From Minisyncoccota bacterium (GTDB lineage: Bacteria > Patescibacteriota > Minisyncoccia > Phycocordibacterales > UBA9973), in the NCBI GenBank assembly GCA_018061145.1, contig JAGOUR010000001.1, positions 875 to 64,874 of the forward strand: DNA of 64,000 bases, written 5' to 3'. A program made the translations under genes and the position numbers. This document shows, piece after piece, positions 1 through 9,380 of the stretch; position 1 is the stretch's first letter, and every line of letters begins with the position of its first letter. A model generated the notes under the pieces. It had not been told where the DNA came from. It ran no database searches and worked only from the letters and a program-made list of their open reading frames with translations.

Positions 1-1
1 T

Positions 2-286
2 GCTTTTGGTCATGGTCCAAAAGATGAACTCTGGAAGATCGAGGAGCACTTTGCGGAGCTCATAGACCTCTGTCAGCAAGTACTATCTGAAAATCCAATA
101 GCGATAATACTCAATGGTTATACAGCAGGATACTCTGCTATCGCATATGCGAATATTTTAAAGGATATGATGGCAAATTATGATGGAAAGATAGAGAGTG
201 GAGAGCTAGCTATCGCAGAATCTGGTAGTGATAAATTATTGCCTTGTGGTATTTTTGCAAGATGGGAGAGATCGAATTCGAAATAG
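2..286 (+). CDS. C-terminal fragment of a hypothetical protein (5' end lies outside the window)
   Basis: Open frame running from the window edge to TAG at 284-286; no recognisable motif. Confidence 0.3.
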   Translation, partial: AFGHGPKDELWKIEEHFAELIDLCQQVLSENPIAIILNGYTAGYSAIAYANILKDMMANYDGKIESGELAIAESGSDKLLPCGIFARWERSNSK

Positions 287-428
287 CTCCTTTCAAAAAG
301 CACGAATATTTTTTGGTAAAAAATTTCTCTGCTCGTCGATCAAGAAAATAATATTCATAAACTCATTTATTTTCTAATCTCCTGTGCAAGACTTTTTTCA
401 AGGACTATTTTAAATTCGATTTATTATT

Positions 429-1487
429 ATGAACAAACAAAAAACAGTATTTGTCGGTGTTAGTGGTGGAGTAGATAGCTCTGTATCTGCAGCATTACTA
501 AAAGACCAAGGCTACAACGTAGTCGGGGTATTTATTCGTACATGGCAACCTGATTTTATAGAGTGTACATGGCGCGATGAGCGACGGGATGCTATGCGTG
601 TATGTGCACATCTAGATATCCCATTCCTAGAATGCGACGGTGAGGAGGCCTACAAAAATGGCGTAGCAGACTATATGATCTCTGAATACAAACTAGGCAG
701 AACTCCAAATCCAGATGTAATGTGCAATCGTGAAGTAAAATTCGGTGTATTTTGGAATTTTGCAAAATCTCATGGTGCAGACTTTATCGCTACTGGGCAC
801 TACGCGCAGAATATAAATAATAAATTAGTAAAAGGTAATGATGAATCCAAAGATCAGTCGTATTTCCTGTGGACTCTAAATAGTGATGATCTAGAGCACA
901 CACTTTTCCCAATTGGCCATCTACCAAAAACTGAAGTGCGTAAATTGGCAGAAAAATACAAACTACCTACTGCAGTAAAAAAAGATTCTCAGGGTGTATG
1001 CTTCCTGGGACCACTCGATATGAAGGATTTCCTTTCTCACTATATCGAGCCAAAGAAGGGTGATGTTTTAAATGAAGATGGAGATATTATTGGGCACCAC
1101 GATGGCGCCGTATTCTTTACTCTTGGCGAGCGCCACGGTTTTCATATTACGGAAAAGGGGACAACCGATACTCCATACTATGTAATATCAAAAGATATTG
1201 ACAAAAATACAATCTATGTCAGTCCCAGGCCGGGCCTGGGACTGGAGGAGGAAGGATCAAATACGGAGTATGTATTGAATAATTCAAATATTTTAAAAGA
1301 AAATATTGATCAAACCAAAAAATATACAGCGCAGATCAGGTATCACGGAGAATTTTTGAATTGTAGTGTGATGTTTGATGATGTTAATCCAAAAATAACA
1401 TTTGATAATCCTATCCTGGTATCGCCAGGTCAGTCTATCGTAGTATACGATAGAGATATTTGTCTCGGGGGTGGAATCGTGAAATAA
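429..1487 (+). CDS. mnmA: tRNA-specific 2-thiouridylase MnmA
   Basis: N-terminal PP-loop SGGVDSSV and a full-length MnmA-like sequence. Confidence 0.9.
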   Translation: MNKQKTVFVGVSGGVDSSVSAALLKDQGYNVVGVFIRTWQPDFIECTWRDERRDAMRVCAHLDIPFLECDGEEAYKNGVADYMISEYKLGRTPNPDVMCNREVKFGVFWNFAKSHGADFIATGHYAQNINNKLVKGNDESKDQSYFLWTLNSDDLEHTLFPIGHLPKTEVRKLAEKYKLPTAVKKDSQGVCFLGPLDMKDFLSHYIEPKKGDVLNEDGDIIGHHDGAVFFTLGERHGFHITEKGTTDTPYYVISKDIDKNTIYVSPRPGLGLEEEGSNTEYVLNNSNILKENIDQTKKYTAQIRYHGEFLNCSVMFDDVNPKITFDNPILVSPGQSIVVYDRDICLGGGIVK

Positions 1488-1526
1488 AAATAGACGAATC
1501 AATATAAATAATAGTATAATAATAAT

Positions 1527-2012
1527 ATGTTAGAACAATTTTTTGATGCACAGACGATGGATATCGTAACAAAATTAACAATAGCTTTGTTTTTGGGGAT
1601 GTTTATTGGTATGGAACGTGTGTGGGCACACAAGACTGCCGGCATGCGTACGTACGCGCTCGTATCTATGGGGGCTGCATTGTTTGTCATCATATCTGAT
1701 CAGATGGTACAAGCCTACTCTACTTTTGCAGGTTTAAATCCACTATTTATAGCTGGTAATATACTAGTAGGGGTTGGATTCATCGGTACAGGATTGATAG
1801 TCACAAAAGATTCAAAGCTCATGGGTCTGACTACTGCTACTGGGCTGTGGGTATCTGCAGGTATCGGTATGGCTGCAGGTTTTGGTCTAACAAAACTAGC
1901 AATCATCGCTACGTTCCTGACCCTATTTATATTTATCGTAATCTGGTTCATAGAAAAACAACTAAAAAAGACAGAATTTTTCCAAGACGATTCTTTTAAT
2001 GATATAAATTAA
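1527..2012 (+). CDS. MgtC/SapB family membrane protein (short form)
   Basis: GMERVWAHKTAGMRTYALVSMGAALF core motif in a multi-TM protein; TATAAT 6 nt upstream of the ATG. Confidence 0.65.
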   Translation: MLEQFFDAQTMDIVTKLTIALFLGMFIGMERVWAHKTAGMRTYALVSMGAALFVIISDQMVQAYSTFAGLNPLFIAGNILVGVGFIGTGLIVTKDSKLMGLTTATGLWVSAGIGMAAGFGLTKLAIIATFLTLFIFIVIWFIEKQLKKTEFFQDDSFNDIN

Positions 2013-2020
2013 TTAAGATA

Positions 2021-2049
2021 CCCCGGCCCAGGTCGGGGTGTTTTAATTT
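2021..2049 (+). terminator. Rho-independent terminator after the MgtC-like gene
   Basis: ccccggcc-cag-gtcgggg hairpin followed by a T-run. Confidence 0.7.
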
Positions 2050-2075
2050 GTCCTTATTTTTGCTATATTATGTAA

Positions 2076-3815
2076 ATGCAATCAAATGAAATTCGCTCAC
2101 GTTTTCTAGCCTTTTTTGAAAAAAGAGGCCATAAAATAATACCTAGTGCATCACTCGTGCCCGAGAACGACCCATCAGTCCTTTTTAATACAGCTGGAAT
2201 GCAACCCCTCGTGCCATACCTCCTCGGGGAGGTGCACCCAATGGGTAAAAGAATCGCTGATATTCAGAAATGTGTCCGCACAGGAGACCTCGAAGACATC
2301 GGGGACAATCGGCACTTTTCATTTTTTGAAATGATGGGGAACTGGTCATTGGGAGACTACTTTAAAGATGAAGCTATTGCTTGGTCTTATGAATTCCTAA
2401 CTTCAAAAGACGAAGGTCTTGGGCTAGATAAGAGTCGCCTGTATGTGACTATCTTTGAAGGTGATGAAAATGCTCCATACGACCAAGAATCAAAAGATAT
2501 ATGGATGAAGCAAGGTATTCCAGAGAATCGTATCTATGCACTACCTGCAGATGATAACTGGTGGAGTCCTGGAGATAATGGTCCATGTGGCCCTTGTTCT
2601 GAGATGTTCTACGATATGGTAGGTAGTACTGGTGACCTTGACCATGAAGGATTTTTATCTGCAGTAAAAAAGGAGACTGTGATTGAAATCTGGAATGACG
2701 TATTCATGGAATATGAAAAGAAGGACGGAAAAGTAATTGGTAAATTAAAGCAAAAGAATGTAGACACAGGAGCAGGGTTGGAAAGAATATCTGCAGTAAT
2801 GCAAGGTCAGAAAACTGGCTACGAAACAGATATGTTGAAACCAGTTATGGATATGATACGTGAAAATGCTAAGCACCTAGATGATCTTTCTGCTCGCATT
2901 GTAGTAGATCATGTGCGTGCATCAACAATGCTTATTTCTGATGGAGTTATTCCTGCGAACAAAAGTCAGGGTTACGTTTTACGTCGTTTAATTCGCCGTT
3001 CTGTTTTTTATATGAAGAAATTAGGTCTTGATGACGGTATCGCAAACGAAATAATTAATTATTTCATTAATTTTTACTCAAATACATATCCAAGTGTTGC
3101 AGTTGTTGATATTGTTACTATATTTAAAACCGAAGAACAAAAATTCTCTACAACTTTAAATGATGGTAAAAAAGAATTTGAAAAAGGCACAGATCCTTTT
3201 GTTCTTGCGACTACCTATGGATTCCCAATAGAGCTTACTCTTGAATTGGCATCTGAAAAAGGTCAGACTATTGATTTGGAAGACTTTAAAGTTAAAATGG
3301 CTGAACATCAAAAGCTTTCTCAGACAGCATCTGCAGGAATGTTCAAAGGAGGTCTCGCAAACCATAATGACAAGACTATAAAGCTCCACACAGCACACCA
3401 TCTATTGCTAGCTGCACTGCAGGAGGTACTCGGAGTAGAAGTAAAGCAAAGAGGTAGTAATATCACAGAGGAGAGACTACGCATAGACTTTACTTTTGAT
3501 CGAAAAATGACAGATGAAGAGAAGCAAAAGGTGGAAGGCATAGTAAATGAAAAGATAAATGCTGGGTTAAATGTGATTCGACGTGAACTACCTCGTGAGG
3601 AGGCCGAGAAGATCGGTGCTCAGATGGAATTCGGAGCAAAATACCCAGATATGGTATCTGTATACTTCATAGAAGATGAGAGTGGTAATCAATTCTCAAA
3701 AGAATTCTGTGGTGGACCGCATGTGACCAATACAAAAGAGATCGGTCACTTTAAACTTCAAAAAGAAGAAGCATCATCTGCCGGTGTACGCAGAATAAAG
3801 GGAATATTGGAATAA
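2076..3815 (+). CDS. alaS: Alanine--tRNA ligase, short form (catalytic plus editing domains, no C-Ala domain)
   Basis: N-terminal AlaRS class II motifs (FFEMMGNWSLGDY). Editing-domain HTAHHLL and CGGPHV motifs. The gene ends at 579 aa with a terminator directly after. Confidence 0.85.
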   Translation: MQSNEIRSRFLAFFEKRGHKIIPSASLVPENDPSVLFNTAGMQPLVPYLLGEVHPMGKRIADIQKCVRTGDLEDIGDNRHFSFFEMMGNWSLGDYFKDEAIAWSYEFLTSKDEGLGLDKSRLYVTIFEGDENAPYDQESKDIWMKQGIPENRIYALPADDNWWSPGDNGPCGPCSEMFYDMVGSTGDLDHEGFLSAVKKETVIEIWNDVFMEYEKKDGKVIGKLKQKNVDTGAGLERISAVMQGQKTGYETDMLKPVMDMIRENAKHLDDLSARIVVDHVRASTMLISDGVIPANKSQGYVLRRLIRRSVFYMKKLGLDDGIANEIINYFINFYSNTYPSVAVVDIVTIFKTEEQKFSTTLNDGKKEFEKGTDPFVLATTYGFPIELTLELASEKGQTIDLEDFKVKMAEHQKLSQTASAGMFKGGLANHNDKTIKLHTAHHLLLAALQEVLGVEVKQRGSNITEERLRIDFTFDRKMTDEEKQKVEGIVNEKINAGLNVIRRELPREEAEKIGAQMEFGAKYPDMVSVYFIEDESGNQFSKEFCGGPHVTNTKEIGHFKLQKEEASSAGVRRIKGILE

Positions 3816-3819
3816 AAAA

Positions 3820-3848
3820 ATGCTCTAGTATTATCTAGAGCATTTTTC
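3820..3848. terminator. Bidirectional terminator between alaS and the convergent gene
   Basis: atgctctag-tattat-ctagagcat hairpin flanked by an A-run and a T-run. Confidence 0.7.
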
Positions 3849-3864
3849 ATTTCTTCATCAATTT

Positions 3865-4665
3865 TTAACCATTCGTTATTTCTTCATATACCATATTGTC
3901 TTCTGTTAAAAGTGGTATAAAAAAAGTAGACTCCAAATCTAGCCAGCTACCACCGAGCGATGACCATCTTTGGTAGGGGTAGCAATAGAGCATAAATTTG
4001 CCTTTTTCTTCAAAACGGCGTATGTCTACCATCCTTAAATCATCAATACCTGTTGGAATTTCTGGGTACTTTGTATTCAAAACAAACCAATTTCTAGTAG
4101 ATATTTTCTCAGCTAACATAGAAATAATAAAGCAATTCAAAATTTGTTTTGCAGACATACTTAAAATAGAGGGCTCTCTCTTAAATGAATAGAAATAATA
4201 GATAGGTCCGTTACCACCATACTTTTCTTTCATATTGAAAATACGAACATCTCTACTGATTATCTCTGTATTTTCTTTTTGAAGTAGCTCCTTGAATAAT
4301 AGGTCGATCGGAGGGTGATTTCCAAATTCAGCGAAAAAATCCTCGTAGTTTTCTGTCGTGAAGTCTGTGTTGACGCAAATGTCAGTACCAGACCAAACCA
4401 GATCTCTGGTCTCTTCCATTTTTTCAAGCTTTAATTGGGCTTTCTTCTCATTTTCAATTCTGATTTCCTTCTCTTTTCTTTCCCCCCTTTCTTTTTCTTC
4501 TGCCTTCTTGATGTTACGGAGTTGATTACGATTTAATCTGTTTTTGATACTCTTTACAAGAATAATGAATACAATGAATATTAATAATAAAATTATCCAT
4601 TGTTCGTGGTTATGGAATCTTTCAAAAATAGAAGATACCACAAAGATAGCTAAAAATGTTTCCAT
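3865..4665 (-). CDS. Hypothetical membrane-anchored protein with a charged coiled-coil segment
   Basis: N-terminal TM helix, KE-rich repeat region, no recognised catalytic motif. Confidence 0.4.
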   Translation of the reverse strand: METFLAIFVVSSIFERFHNHEQWIILLLIFIVFIILVKSIKNRLNRNQLRNIKKAEEKERGERKEKEIRIENEKKAQLKLEKMEETRDLVWSGTDICVNTDFTTENYEDFFAEFGNHPPIDLLFKELLQKENTEIISRDVRIFNMKEKYGGNGPIYYFYSFKREPSILSMSAKQILNCFIISMLAEKISTRNWFVLNTKYPEIPTGIDDLRMVDIRRFEEKGKFMLYCYPYQRWSSLGGSWLDLESTFFIPLLTEDNMVYEEITNG

Positions 4666-4774
4666 TGTGTATTGTTTTTTTGGGTTTTTTATAATAATAC
4701 ATTATTATTTGAGTGTGTCAATAATGATGTCCTTTAATTATTTTTTTAACATTTAGAAAATATTTCTTCTAGTC

Positions 4775-4823
4775 ACTAGAACCTAGCTACTAGAACCTAA
4801 TTTGTAGTATAATAAAACTACAA
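4775..4823 (+). promoter_or_regulatory. Promoter region of the FtsA-like gene: 14-bp tandem direct repeat plus a palindrome over the -10 box
   Basis: ACTAGAACCTAGCT / ACTAGAACCTAATT at 4775-4802. TTGTAGT-ATAATAAA-ACTACAA palindrome at 4802-4823. TATAAT at 4808-4813, 11 nt before the ATG. Confidence 0.4.
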
Positions 4824-4824
4824 T

Positions 4825-6000
4825 ATGCAATTTCCATTTATAAATAATTCAAAGAAAATCGTAGCTATTTTTGATGTAGGGTCTGATTCTATTGGTGTAG
4901 CCATCGTGCAATACCTATCTCCAAATGATCCACCAAAAATATTAAAATCCTTTAGAGAGGAGATCATGTTCAGAGAGCAGCTTGATTTTATGATTTTTAT
5001 GGATGACATGGTCAAGACACTAAAGAGCGTCGCTTTAAATGTGGCATCTTCTGGTGTAGGTGCTATATCAGATGTACATATAGTCCTATCCTCGCCCTGG
5101 TATGTGTCTGAAAATAGGCACATTGTAGTCTCAGAAAAAACTCCTTTTGTTTTTACAGAGAAAATATCTGACAATTTGGTAAAAAATGAAATTGAAAAAT
5201 TAAAAAAAATCCACCACGAAAAGTATGGGGGCAACCTTGATGATTTCAATATTATCGAGCAGGAGATAGTCCAGATTTCCTTGAACGGATACCCCGTGAC
5301 GAATCCTATTGGGAAAAAGGCATTGAGCGCAGAGATGAATCTAATAGTCATATTGTCATCCAGTACATGTATGAACCTGGTCAAAGATTGTATATCTTCT
5401 GTATTTCATCACGTAGATACATATTTTCACTCAAATATGTCAGCCCTGTTCATTGTAATCCGAGAAAAGTACATGAAAATGGATTCATATTTAATCCTGG
5501 ATCTTGGTGGGGAGATTACAGATGTATTCATCGTAGATGGTGGAATACCTAAAAATATAATATCTTTCCCGTACGGTAGACAGAATCTGTACCGAGACCT
5601 AAAGAAAGAGCTAATCAAGAACAGAGCCGAGGTGATGTCTCTATTTTCTCTATACCTAGACGGGTCATTGGAGGAAAGTCAGAAAATTAAGATGGAGAAA
5701 GCTTTGAATAACATACAAAGATCCTGGGCCCGTGAATTTGAGCTAGCATTGATGAGTATTCCCGAGCCTCGCATGATACCAAACTCAGTTTTTTTGGTTA
5801 TGAACAAGGACGTTCACCCTATGTTTTTCCAGATGTTTGCAGAAAAGAATGATTTTATTTACAAGATATTCAAGAATGAGTGCAATGTCCTGGGGCTAAA
5901 TGGTCCAGACTTCTTGGGTCTATGCAGGGTAGATGATGGCATGTGCGACCCGATGCTCATGATACAAGCATTATCTGTTAAGAGAAAATATATTAAATAA
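4825..6000 (+). CDS. Actin-like ATPase, FtsA/PilM family
   Basis: N-terminal IVAIFDVGSDSIGVAIV phosphate-1 motif and LILDLGGEITDVFIV phosphate-2 motif typical of the actin/Hsp70 fold. Confidence 0.45.
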   Translation: MQFPFINNSKKIVAIFDVGSDSIGVAIVQYLSPNDPPKILKSFREEIMFREQLDFMIFMDDMVKTLKSVALNVASSGVGAISDVHIVLSSPWYVSENRHIVVSEKTPFVFTEKISDNLVKNEIEKLKKIHHEKYGGNLDDFNIIEQEIVQISLNGYPVTNPIGKKALSAEMNLIVILSSSTCMNLVKDCISSVFHHVDTYFHSNMSALFIVIREKYMKMDSYLILDLGGEITDVFIVDGGIPKNIISFPYGRQNLYRDLKKELIKNRAEVMSLFSLYLDGSLEESQKIKMEKALNNIQRSWAREFELALMSIPEPRMIPNSVFLVMNKDVHPMFFQMFAEKNDFIYKIFKNECNVLGLNGPDFLGLCRVDDGMCDPMLMIQALSVKRKYIK

Positions 6001-6003
6001 TAT

Positions 6004-7320
6004 ATGGTAAAAAAAGTTGTACAAGATATAAATATCAAAAAACCAAAATTACTAAAATTTGATGAACCAAATGATTCAGTTATTTCTGGGGATTTAGATA
6101 CCGAGCAGAAATTTTCTGCTATATCTCAGATGCAGAGACGAAGACGCATACCTAGTACACCCATGGTAAAGAGAAAGAAGCTCCTGCCTAGATATTTCGT
6201 CTGGATCTTGGTAGCTTTGGTGATTGTATCCCTAGTATATGTATCTTATGCTTTTCTCCAAAAAGCGACAGTATCTATAAATACAAGGAAGCAGAATTTT
6301 ACTTTTAAGGAAGAGGTCTTTACTGCATACAAGCAAAATGAAAAAAAACCTCATTTTGAAATAATGATATTAAATGATGTATATAGTCGAAAGATTAACT
6401 TTATCGACCCCAAAGACGTATCCATAAAGGCACACGGTGTCGTATTTATAAAGAACGAATACAGCTCAAAGCCTCAAAAAATACTGATAAATACTAAAAT
6501 AGCCGATGATTACGGGAGGCTATACACTACAGATAGCACTGTGACAGTGCCTGGTTTTACAAAAGTAAAAGATAAAGTAATCCCTGGATCGACCGCTGTA
6601 AAAGTCACAGCTGTTTCTGCTGGGGAGGAGCACAACACCTCATCAAAAAATTTCTTGATACCTTCTTTTGAAAAGACAGATAAATATACAAAAATTTATG
6701 CTACAGCTCTCAATCCCATCATAGGCGGAGCATTAGGCAAGCTATACAGTCTGGGTCCAGTGGAGATTGGCACATTAAATGCCGAAGCGAATACATTCTT
6801 TCGAGAACAGGCAATGCGTAAACTCTCGGCTCAGATACCCCCTGGGTACATATTGTATCCCGGAGCTACAAATTTCTCTTATTCATTCAATCAGGACTCA
6901 AAATCTAAAGATGCAATAGGTGAAGTCGAGATATCTGGTGTAGTGAATGCTATTATCTTTAAAATTGAAGATTTGGAAAAGGTATTTATAAAGAGAGCTG
7001 GTCCGAACATAAAAGATTCTGAGTACTCTGAAATATCAGTAGAAAATATGGACTCTTTTATTCTAAAGCTTTCTGATAAGAACAAAATCATATCAAAAGA
7101 CATGAATGAGGTATCATTTAGTCTGACTGGTGGTAGTGTCCTGATTTGGAGCCCTGACATAGATCAGATCAGGCAATCCATCCTGGGTCTGGATGTTAAA
7201 GACCTAGGCCAAAAGACTCAAGAGGATCCCGGAGTGGTCGGTTCTAGTGTAGAATTCCTGCTACCTTTCCAAGACAAAATACCAAACAAAACCCATATGG
7301 TTGATGTTAAAACATATTAA
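6004..7320 (+). CDS. Single-pass membrane protein, possible partner of the FtsA/PilM-like protein
   Basis: Arg-rich cytoplasmic N-terminus, one TM helix (YFVWILVALVIVSLVYVSYAF), large extracytoplasmic domain. Starts 4 nt after the upstream gene. Confidence 0.35.
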   Translation: MVKKVVQDINIKKPKLLKFDEPNDSVISGDLDTEQKFSAISQMQRRRRIPSTPMVKRKKLLPRYFVWILVALVIVSLVYVSYAFLQKATVSINTRKQNFTFKEEVFTAYKQNEKKPHFEIMILNDVYSRKINFIDPKDVSIKAHGVVFIKNEYSSKPQKILINTKIADDYGRLYTTDSTVTVPGFTKVKDKVIPGSTAVKVTAVSAGEEHNTSSKNFLIPSFEKTDKYTKIYATALNPIIGGALGKLYSLGPVEIGTLNAEANTFFREQAMRKLSAQIPPGYILYPGATNFSYSFNQDSKSKDAIGEVEISGVVNAIIFKIEDLEKVFIKRAGPNIKDSEYSEISVENMDSFILKLSDKNKIISKDMNEVSFSLTGGSVLIWSPDIDQIRQSILGLDVKDLGQKTQEDPGVVGSSVEFLLPFQDKIPNKTHMVDVKTY

Positions 7321-7362
7321 TTTGACTGGAAAAGATATTTAAAGTATAATGGCAGTACATAC

Positions 7363-7581
7363 ATGAACGAAATTAAAACTGATGAAAATACAAAGGTAGG
7401 AGTCGTGATTGAATCTCTACCCAATACATTGTTCCGAGTAGATCTAGGTGATGACAAAGTTCTGATATCTTATCTGTCTGGAAAGATGCGTATGAACAGA
7501 ATAAAGGTCCTAGTGGGGGATAAAGTTGAGGTTTTGATCGATCCATACGGTGGTAAGGGTCGCATAACAAAGAGACTTTAA
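7363..7581 (+). CDS. infA: Translation initiation factor IF-1
   Basis: 72-aa S1-like protein with conserved VIESLPNTLFRVDLGD and RMNRIKVLVGDKV motifs. Confidence 0.9.
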   Translation: MNEIKTDENTKVGVVIESLPNTLFRVDLGDDKVLISYLSGKMRMNRIKVLVGDKVEVLIDPYGGKGRITKRL

Positions 7582-7712
7582 AATCCACACATTGTACGCC
7601 CGTATAAGGGCTTGCAATTTTTATTAATATAGTGTAGTATTACCCGATATACGCTTACAAGAAAAAGTACAGGGTTTTGGCCCTTGATTTTGTCTGTCGT
7701 TTGAATAAATTT

Positions 7713-7823
7713 ATGAAAATCAAAGCATCAATTAAGAAAATTTGTGCAAAATGCAAAATGGTTAAGCGTGAAGGACATCTACGCGTTATTTGTTCAAATC
7801 CAAAGCATAAACAAAAGCAGTAA
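7713..7823 (+). CDS. rpmJ: 50S ribosomal protein L36
   Basis: 36-aa [39 protein letters not shown]. Below the ORF-track size cutoff. Canonical position between infA and rpsM. Confidence 0.85.
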   Translation: MKIKASIKKICAKCKMVKREGHLRVICSNPKHKQKQ

Positions 7824-7872
7824 AATTAATAGTTAATACCTATCCTCCTCGGAGGAGAAAAACGATTGAGTT

Positions 7873-8253
7873 ATGAGAATTCTAGGAATTACAATACCAA
7901 ATAACAAGAGACTTGATATCGGCCTTACCGCACTATACGGTATTGGTCTTTCTCGTTCAAAGAAGATTTTAAAAGAAGCAGGAGTAGACGCAAGTGCAAA
8001 GGGTGATACTCTAACAGTTGACCAAGAGAATGCAATCCGTAAAGTTATAGAGTCTATGACTATCGAGGGGGCACTAAAGCGTGAAATAGCTTCAAACATA
8101 AAGCGCCTAAAAGATATCAAATCACACAGAGGAGTTCGTCATATGAAGAGACTTCCAGTATATGGACAGAGAACAAAGACAAATTCTCGTACAGTACGCG
8201 GAAATGTAAGAAAGACAATGGCTAGTGGTCGCCGAAAGGAAAGTAAGACATAA
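7873..8253 (+). CDS. rpsM: 30S ribosomal protein S13
   Basis: MRILGITIPNNKRLDIGLTALYGIG N-terminus; conserved position. Confidence 0.9.
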   Translation: MRILGITIPNNKRLDIGLTALYGIGLSRSKKILKEAGVDASAKGDTLTVDQENAIRKVIESMTIEGALKREIASNIKRLKDIKSHRGVRHMKRLPVYGQRTKTNSRTVRGNVRKTMASGRRKESKT

Positions 8254-8280
8254 GATCACTAGATAACTAATTCAAATTAT

Positions 8281-8694
8281 ATGGCAACAACAAAAACAAC
8301 TAACAAAAAAACAGAAGGAGCAAAGACAGTAAAAGTACCAAAGAAAAAGGTAGTTGCTGGTACTCTGCACGTAGAAGCTACTTTTAACAATACAAAGGTA
8401 GTTCTTTCTGATAAAGAAGGCAACACTATATTCTGGACTTCAGCAGGAGCACTAGGATTCAAGGGCGCAAAGAAGGGTACACCATTTGCTGCAGGTAAGG
8501 CTGGCTCAGTTCTAGGAGAAAAAGCAAAAGCTCTAGGCATAAAAGAGGTTGATGTTATTGTAAAAGGTGTAGGTAGTGGTCGTGAACCAACAATCAGATC
8601 ATTTATGGCTTATGATATCGAGATATCAGCTATAAAGGATATGACACCTGTACCGCACAACGGTCCAAAACCTAAGAAACCACGAAGAGTATAA
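8281..8694 (+). CDS. rpsK: 30S ribosomal protein S11
   Basis: GTLHVEATFNNTKVVLSDKEGNTIFWTSAGALGFKGAKKGTPFAA core. Confidence 0.9.
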   Translation: MATTKTTNKKTEGAKTVKVPKKKVVAGTLHVEATFNNTKVVLSDKEGNTIFWTSAGALGFKGAKKGTPFAAGKAGSVLGEKAKALGIKEVDVIVKGVGSGREPTIRSFMAYDIEISAIKDMTPVPHNGPKPKKPRRV

Positions 8695-8699
8695 AATAT

Positions 8700-9308
8700 A
8701 TGAAAACAGCTCAAAAATATAAAATTTGCAGAAGACTAGGATCAGGAGTGTTTGAAAAATGTCAAACACCTAAATTCGTCGCATCTGAGGCTCGCCACGC
8801 AAAGAGTAAGAAGGACAAGCGTCCAAAAGCTCTTTCAGGTTATGCTCTACAATTCATCGAAAAGCAAAAGGTTCGTTTTACTTACGGCCTTTCTGAAAAG
8901 CAATTTGCTAACTACATCAAAGAGACAGTATCACACAAGGGAACTCCCGCTACAGAATACCTATTTGAACTTATGGAGCGTCGTTTGGACAATGTAGTCT
9001 ACCGCCTAGGTCTAGCACACACACGCAGACTATCTCGTCAGATGGTATCTCACGGTCACATCACAGTTAACGGCAAGAAATCAACAGTAGCATCTCAGCG
9101 TGTTAATGTAGGTGATATTATCGCTGTTCGTGAGGGAAGTAAAAAGAGTGTACTATTCGCTAACTATGCAAAGAAATTAGAAGAATACACAATGCCTAAC
9201 TGGTTGACATTCAAAGCAGATACTCTATCTGGAACTGTACAAGGTAAGCCAAAGAATGCAGATGCATACTTGGATTTGGACACTGTGCTTGAGTTTTATA
9301 GTCGTTAG
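8700..9308 (+). CDS. rpsD: 30S ribosomal protein S4
   Basis: N-terminal KICRRLG motif and an S4 domain. Confidence 0.9.
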   Translation: MKTAQKYKICRRLGSGVFEKCQTPKFVASEARHAKSKKDKRPKALSGYALQFIEKQKVRFTYGLSEKQFANYIKETVSHKGTPATEYLFELMERRLDNVVYRLGLAHTRRLSRQMVSHGHITVNGKKSTVASQRVNVGDIIAVREGSKKSVLFANYAKKLEEYTMPNWLTFKADTLSGTVQGKPKNADAYLDLDTVLEFYSR

Positions 9309-9380
9309 TTTTTATTAATAGCGTATGAGTTATTTTTTAATAAATAATTAATATATTGCGGGGTAACTCGCGCAAATCAT

